In this document: positions 60,415 through 64,000 of the stretch, in pieces | Numbering within the stretch: the first letter of the stretch is position 1 | Layout of the letters: every line of letters starts with the position of its first letter | NCBI RefSeq assembly: GCF_963853765.1 | Contig: NC_088855.1 | Coordinates: 14,446,001 to 14,510,000 of the forward strand | Origin: Magallana gigas | Lineage: Eukaryota | Direction: 5' to 3' | Length of the DNA stretch: 64,000 nucleotides | The notes under the pieces: model-generated | What the model was told of the DNA's origin: nothing | What the model saw: the letters and a program-made list of their open reading frames with translations, nothing else | Databases searched by the model: none | Position numbers and translations under genes: made by a program

Positions 60415-63400
60415 ATGGTGATTGAGAGAAGGAAAAATCGGTCGAAAATAGACAAGACATTAGACAGAACTAATTCTGTCAGCGAAAATATTATTGAAAG
60501 CTCAAACATCGAAGAAGGTAATACATCCAATATATTCACAAGACCATGAAAATGTGTCGCATATGTTGAGAATTAAATGAGCTTGACTGATGCCTTATAA
60601 TTTGATATGTATTCCTGATAACAAGATAGGTACGTTTTTGTCAAATAGAGGATGTACTATAATGACACCATGTGTAGATGTTTATGTACAGGTCAATGAG
60701 TTCACATGCATTGGCATGTAAGGGGAAGAAGAATTAAGGTACTAAAGTCTGTCACTGATGATTCACTGATGGTCTCTTGGTCTACCATTTCTTCAAGAGA
60801 ACTCCATTCCAAATAACATTGTTTTCACAATTAACTAACCTCATCAGGAAAAAACAACAATTCTCTTTAAATCCTTCTCTTTTTAATTTAATCACACATA
60901 TTTCTTACCAAATATCATTTTCATTATATCATTATGATAATAAAATGATATTTGTTTTTAAATAAAGCAAGTGACTCATATCAAGAGAAAAAATAAGAAC
61001 CTAATCATCTTATTTATACATAAAATGAACATTAGGTATATAATGATTGTTGATGTTGTACATGTACTAATTATTTTTCTACAGAGTATTCGAAAAAAGA
61101 GAGAGAAATCTTAGATACTTTATCAAGCAATGATGTAGACATTGAACGATTAAGAAGTTTTGCTGTAAGTCCAGGTGGATTACTGAATGATGATATACGA
61201 AAAGAGGTTTGGCCAAGGCTGCTTGATGTTGATGTTACAGACATTCCAAAGAAACCTCGTAAGTGATACGTCATGTAAAAAATCTTTAAATGCAATTTTT
61301 GCTTGTAAAGTGGTTAAGAATGAATGGTTGTTGAAAACTGATAGAAAAAGACCCAAGGAATCAAACTATTGCTAATCATATTTAAATTTTTAAGTTTTAT
61401 CTTAGAAAAAATTTGGATACTGATGTGTTTTATTTCTTAGCCGAGGAGGTTTTACATGGACACAGAGATTATACTCAGGTTGTGATGGATGTTAATCGGT
61501 CCTTGAAGAGATTCCCCCCAGGTGTGTTTCCATTCTTATGCATTACATGAGCAATTTTTTTAAAAGATCACCTAAGTAAATTAAGACAATGTTATTTTGC
61601 TGTTCTCAATAAACCAAGTTCATGTTCTCAGTCAGAAATATGATATCATTAGTGTAACATGAAAAGGGAAACTGTTATTTTCTCTTTATAAAAACAAGAA
61701 AGCTGTCTTTTCACAAAAAGAACACCTGTAACTCGCTCTAATTTACATGTACAGTACTCTTCTATACAATATGTATTCCCGAGACTGTATCATATATGTC
61801 TACTGTTTCAGGTATGGAGGAGGAGGTCCGAATGTCGTATCAGGACCAGCTAGTAGACTTGATCATGAGGGTTCTAGTGCAGCACGAGGAACTTCACTAC
61901 TACCAAGGCTATCATGATATCTGTGTCACATTTCTGCTTGTTCTGGGGGAGGATCTAGCCTTTGCTGTCCTTGATGTTTTATCATTACAACATCTCAGGT
62001 ATGCAAAGTCTTGTCGCTGAAAAACCTTAGTGTAACGTTTAAAATAATAATGTATTGAATGTTTCTTAATCATTTGAGAATAAAAAGATATTTTGACAGT
62101 ACTCTTAAAAGTAGATCATTTGTATTGTTTTCTACCAGGTATATCTATTTTTTATTAAAATTTTCATTGTTTTGGTGATCCAACAAAGCAGTATACAGTT
62201 AATTTACTTGGTAACAGGGATTTCATGGATGTCAACATGGACCGAACAAAACATATACTCAACTACTTGTACCCTATTGTGGGAAGAGCCAGTCCTAAAT
62301 TACGACAATTTATGGAAGAGTGGGTTTCTTATTCATTATTGACTTTTTAGCTTGTCTTACCAGTCAAATTCATTCATTTTATGAGTTAGAGTTTCTTAAA
62401 GTTTCATAGGTTATGAATTTGAAGTTTATGATTTTTCTTCATAGAGTAAATCAAACATCATACTTTATACAAATGTACATGTATATCAATTATATTTGTA
62501 GATCTGAAGTAGGAACTGTGTTTAGTTTAAGCTGGTTGATAACATGGTTTGGTCATGTCCTTGGTGACCTAGATTCCATTGTGAGGCTCTATGATTTCTT
62601 CATGGCCAGTGCTCCACTAATGCCAATATACATGGCAGCCTCTGTAAGTATATATATATATATACTAGACATAATGATTTACAAGGTATAAATTTATAGC
62701 CAATTTGGACTTAACAAATTTTTTTTACATGAAGTTGAGTTTCTTTTTCAAGGAGTGTTAGTTTCACTAAAGCCTTATTTTCATTGTAATCTTGTTTCAA
62801 AAATCTTTGTATTTTTTATGTATTTGAATGATTATTAATTTCTGACGGAAAACTGTTAATAGTTGATATCTAGATCATATTAAAATATAGCATTGATATC
62901 TTACAAATACCTTTGTAGATCGTTTTATATAGAGAAAAGGAAATTCTTGCAAGTGAGTGTGAAATGTGTACCTTACACGGAATGTTATCACATATACCTG
63001 ACAATCTGCCTTTTGAAGAATTAATTGTCACAGCCAAGGATCTGTTCTCAAAATGTCCCCCCAAGATAGTTGCAAAAGAAGCTGCAGAGATTCATGAGCA
63101 AAAAAAGTAAGGCTATATCATGTATTACTTTTAAACAATGAATAGTACAGTCAAACTTCTTTATCTCAAACTAGATGGGACTGTTTAAAAACTTCAAGAT
63201 ATCCGAGTATTTGAGATATTGAGGGCAAAATTCTGTAAAAAAAAAAAAAAAAAGAAAAAAAAAAATGGTTAGGACTTAAAAATCACTTCAATATATCCAT
63301 TGTATTTGAGATATCAGTGTTCAAGATATAGAGGTTTACCTGTTTTAATGACCTTTGCAATTTTGAAGAAAATATAGAACAGTTGAATATCCAAAAAAGG

Positions 63401-63753
63401 TTTGTGACTCCTTGTAATTGTCGTTACATTTTATTGATTTAAATCAAGAAAACAGTTAAAGTACCGATACTTTATATATGATTTCATCACCCTTTACTAC
63501 CAGCTGTATTGAGTTTGATGAACAGAGAACTCTGATCCTCAATATGGTCTTCTTTTTAATTCACAGACTAGCTTTATCACAATATAGAAGAAAAATCTCC
63601 CAAAGGAACAAGATTCCTCAGAAGGATGGATTATTAAAAAGCCTGATGGTCTTGGATGGAAATCGGCTGTACGTGAAAGTGACTTTGTGGACACTTGTTG
63701 GAATCATCACTGCAGCAGGACTAACCTGGCTCAACCACTATGTACATGATTAG
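60415..63753 (+). CDS. TBC1D20: TBC1 domain family member 20 (Rab GAP with C-terminal TM, about 387 aa)
   Basis: Exons 60415-60517 (start less certain), 61085-61258, 61441-61521, 61812-61998, 62218-62319, 62502-62643, 62919-63106, 63567-63753 total 1164 nt. Motifs GGLLNDDIRKEVWPRLL, QVVMDVNRSLKRFP, LHYYQGYHDI, FSLSWLITWFGH, and a C-terminal TM. Confidence 0.93.
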
Positions 63754-64000
63754 AATCCAGGGAATACACTGCTGTCTAATGAATTCAATTTGATGTGTAT
63801 CTTTTATGTACTGATACACTCTTTAGAAGACATGGTTGGAACACAGTGGTAATGATGCTGTCTTGCTGCTGATGCTGTGTACTTACCCGTTTTACAGATC
63901 ATCTTCAACTCTAGCATCATTGATCATGATCAACTTCAACTTCAATCATGTACCAACTACAAGTTGATTATGATAACCGGTAGTCCCATTGTTAGTTGTA

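Overview
AT-rich, intron-containing animal DNA. The repeat families and gene set suggest a bivalve, probably an oyster (inference). All analysis was by eye; no searches were run. The window has two halves. (1) About 1-33 kb is TE-rich. It holds a decayed Gypsy LTR retrotransposon, several non-autonomous DNA elements (IS3EU-, Ginger-, Kolobok- and Helentron-like, plus a GCGAAGC-hairpin palindromic element) and a tandem minus-strand cluster of four paralogous miniature Draper/CED-1/MEGF10-like receptor genes that the ORF track shows only as fragments. I spliced three of these (R2-R4) into open frames: signal peptide, CC/CCxxY module, one 8-Cys EGF-like exon, S/T stalk, TM, and a tyrosine-motif tail that differs between paralogs. 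The fourth (R1) is frameshifted and truncated. (2) About 33-64 kb is gene-dense: a short TM-anchored TTC17-like TPR gene (-), PFDN4 (-, with an AT-AC U12 intron), FBXO15 (+, with a minisatellite made of its own exon end and splice donor), DGAT1 (-, with a GC-AG intron) and TBC1D20 (+). TACATGTA and TACCGGTA palindromes, likely Tc1/mariner excision footprints, are strongly over-represented. No rRNA, tRNA or CRISPR array was seen.
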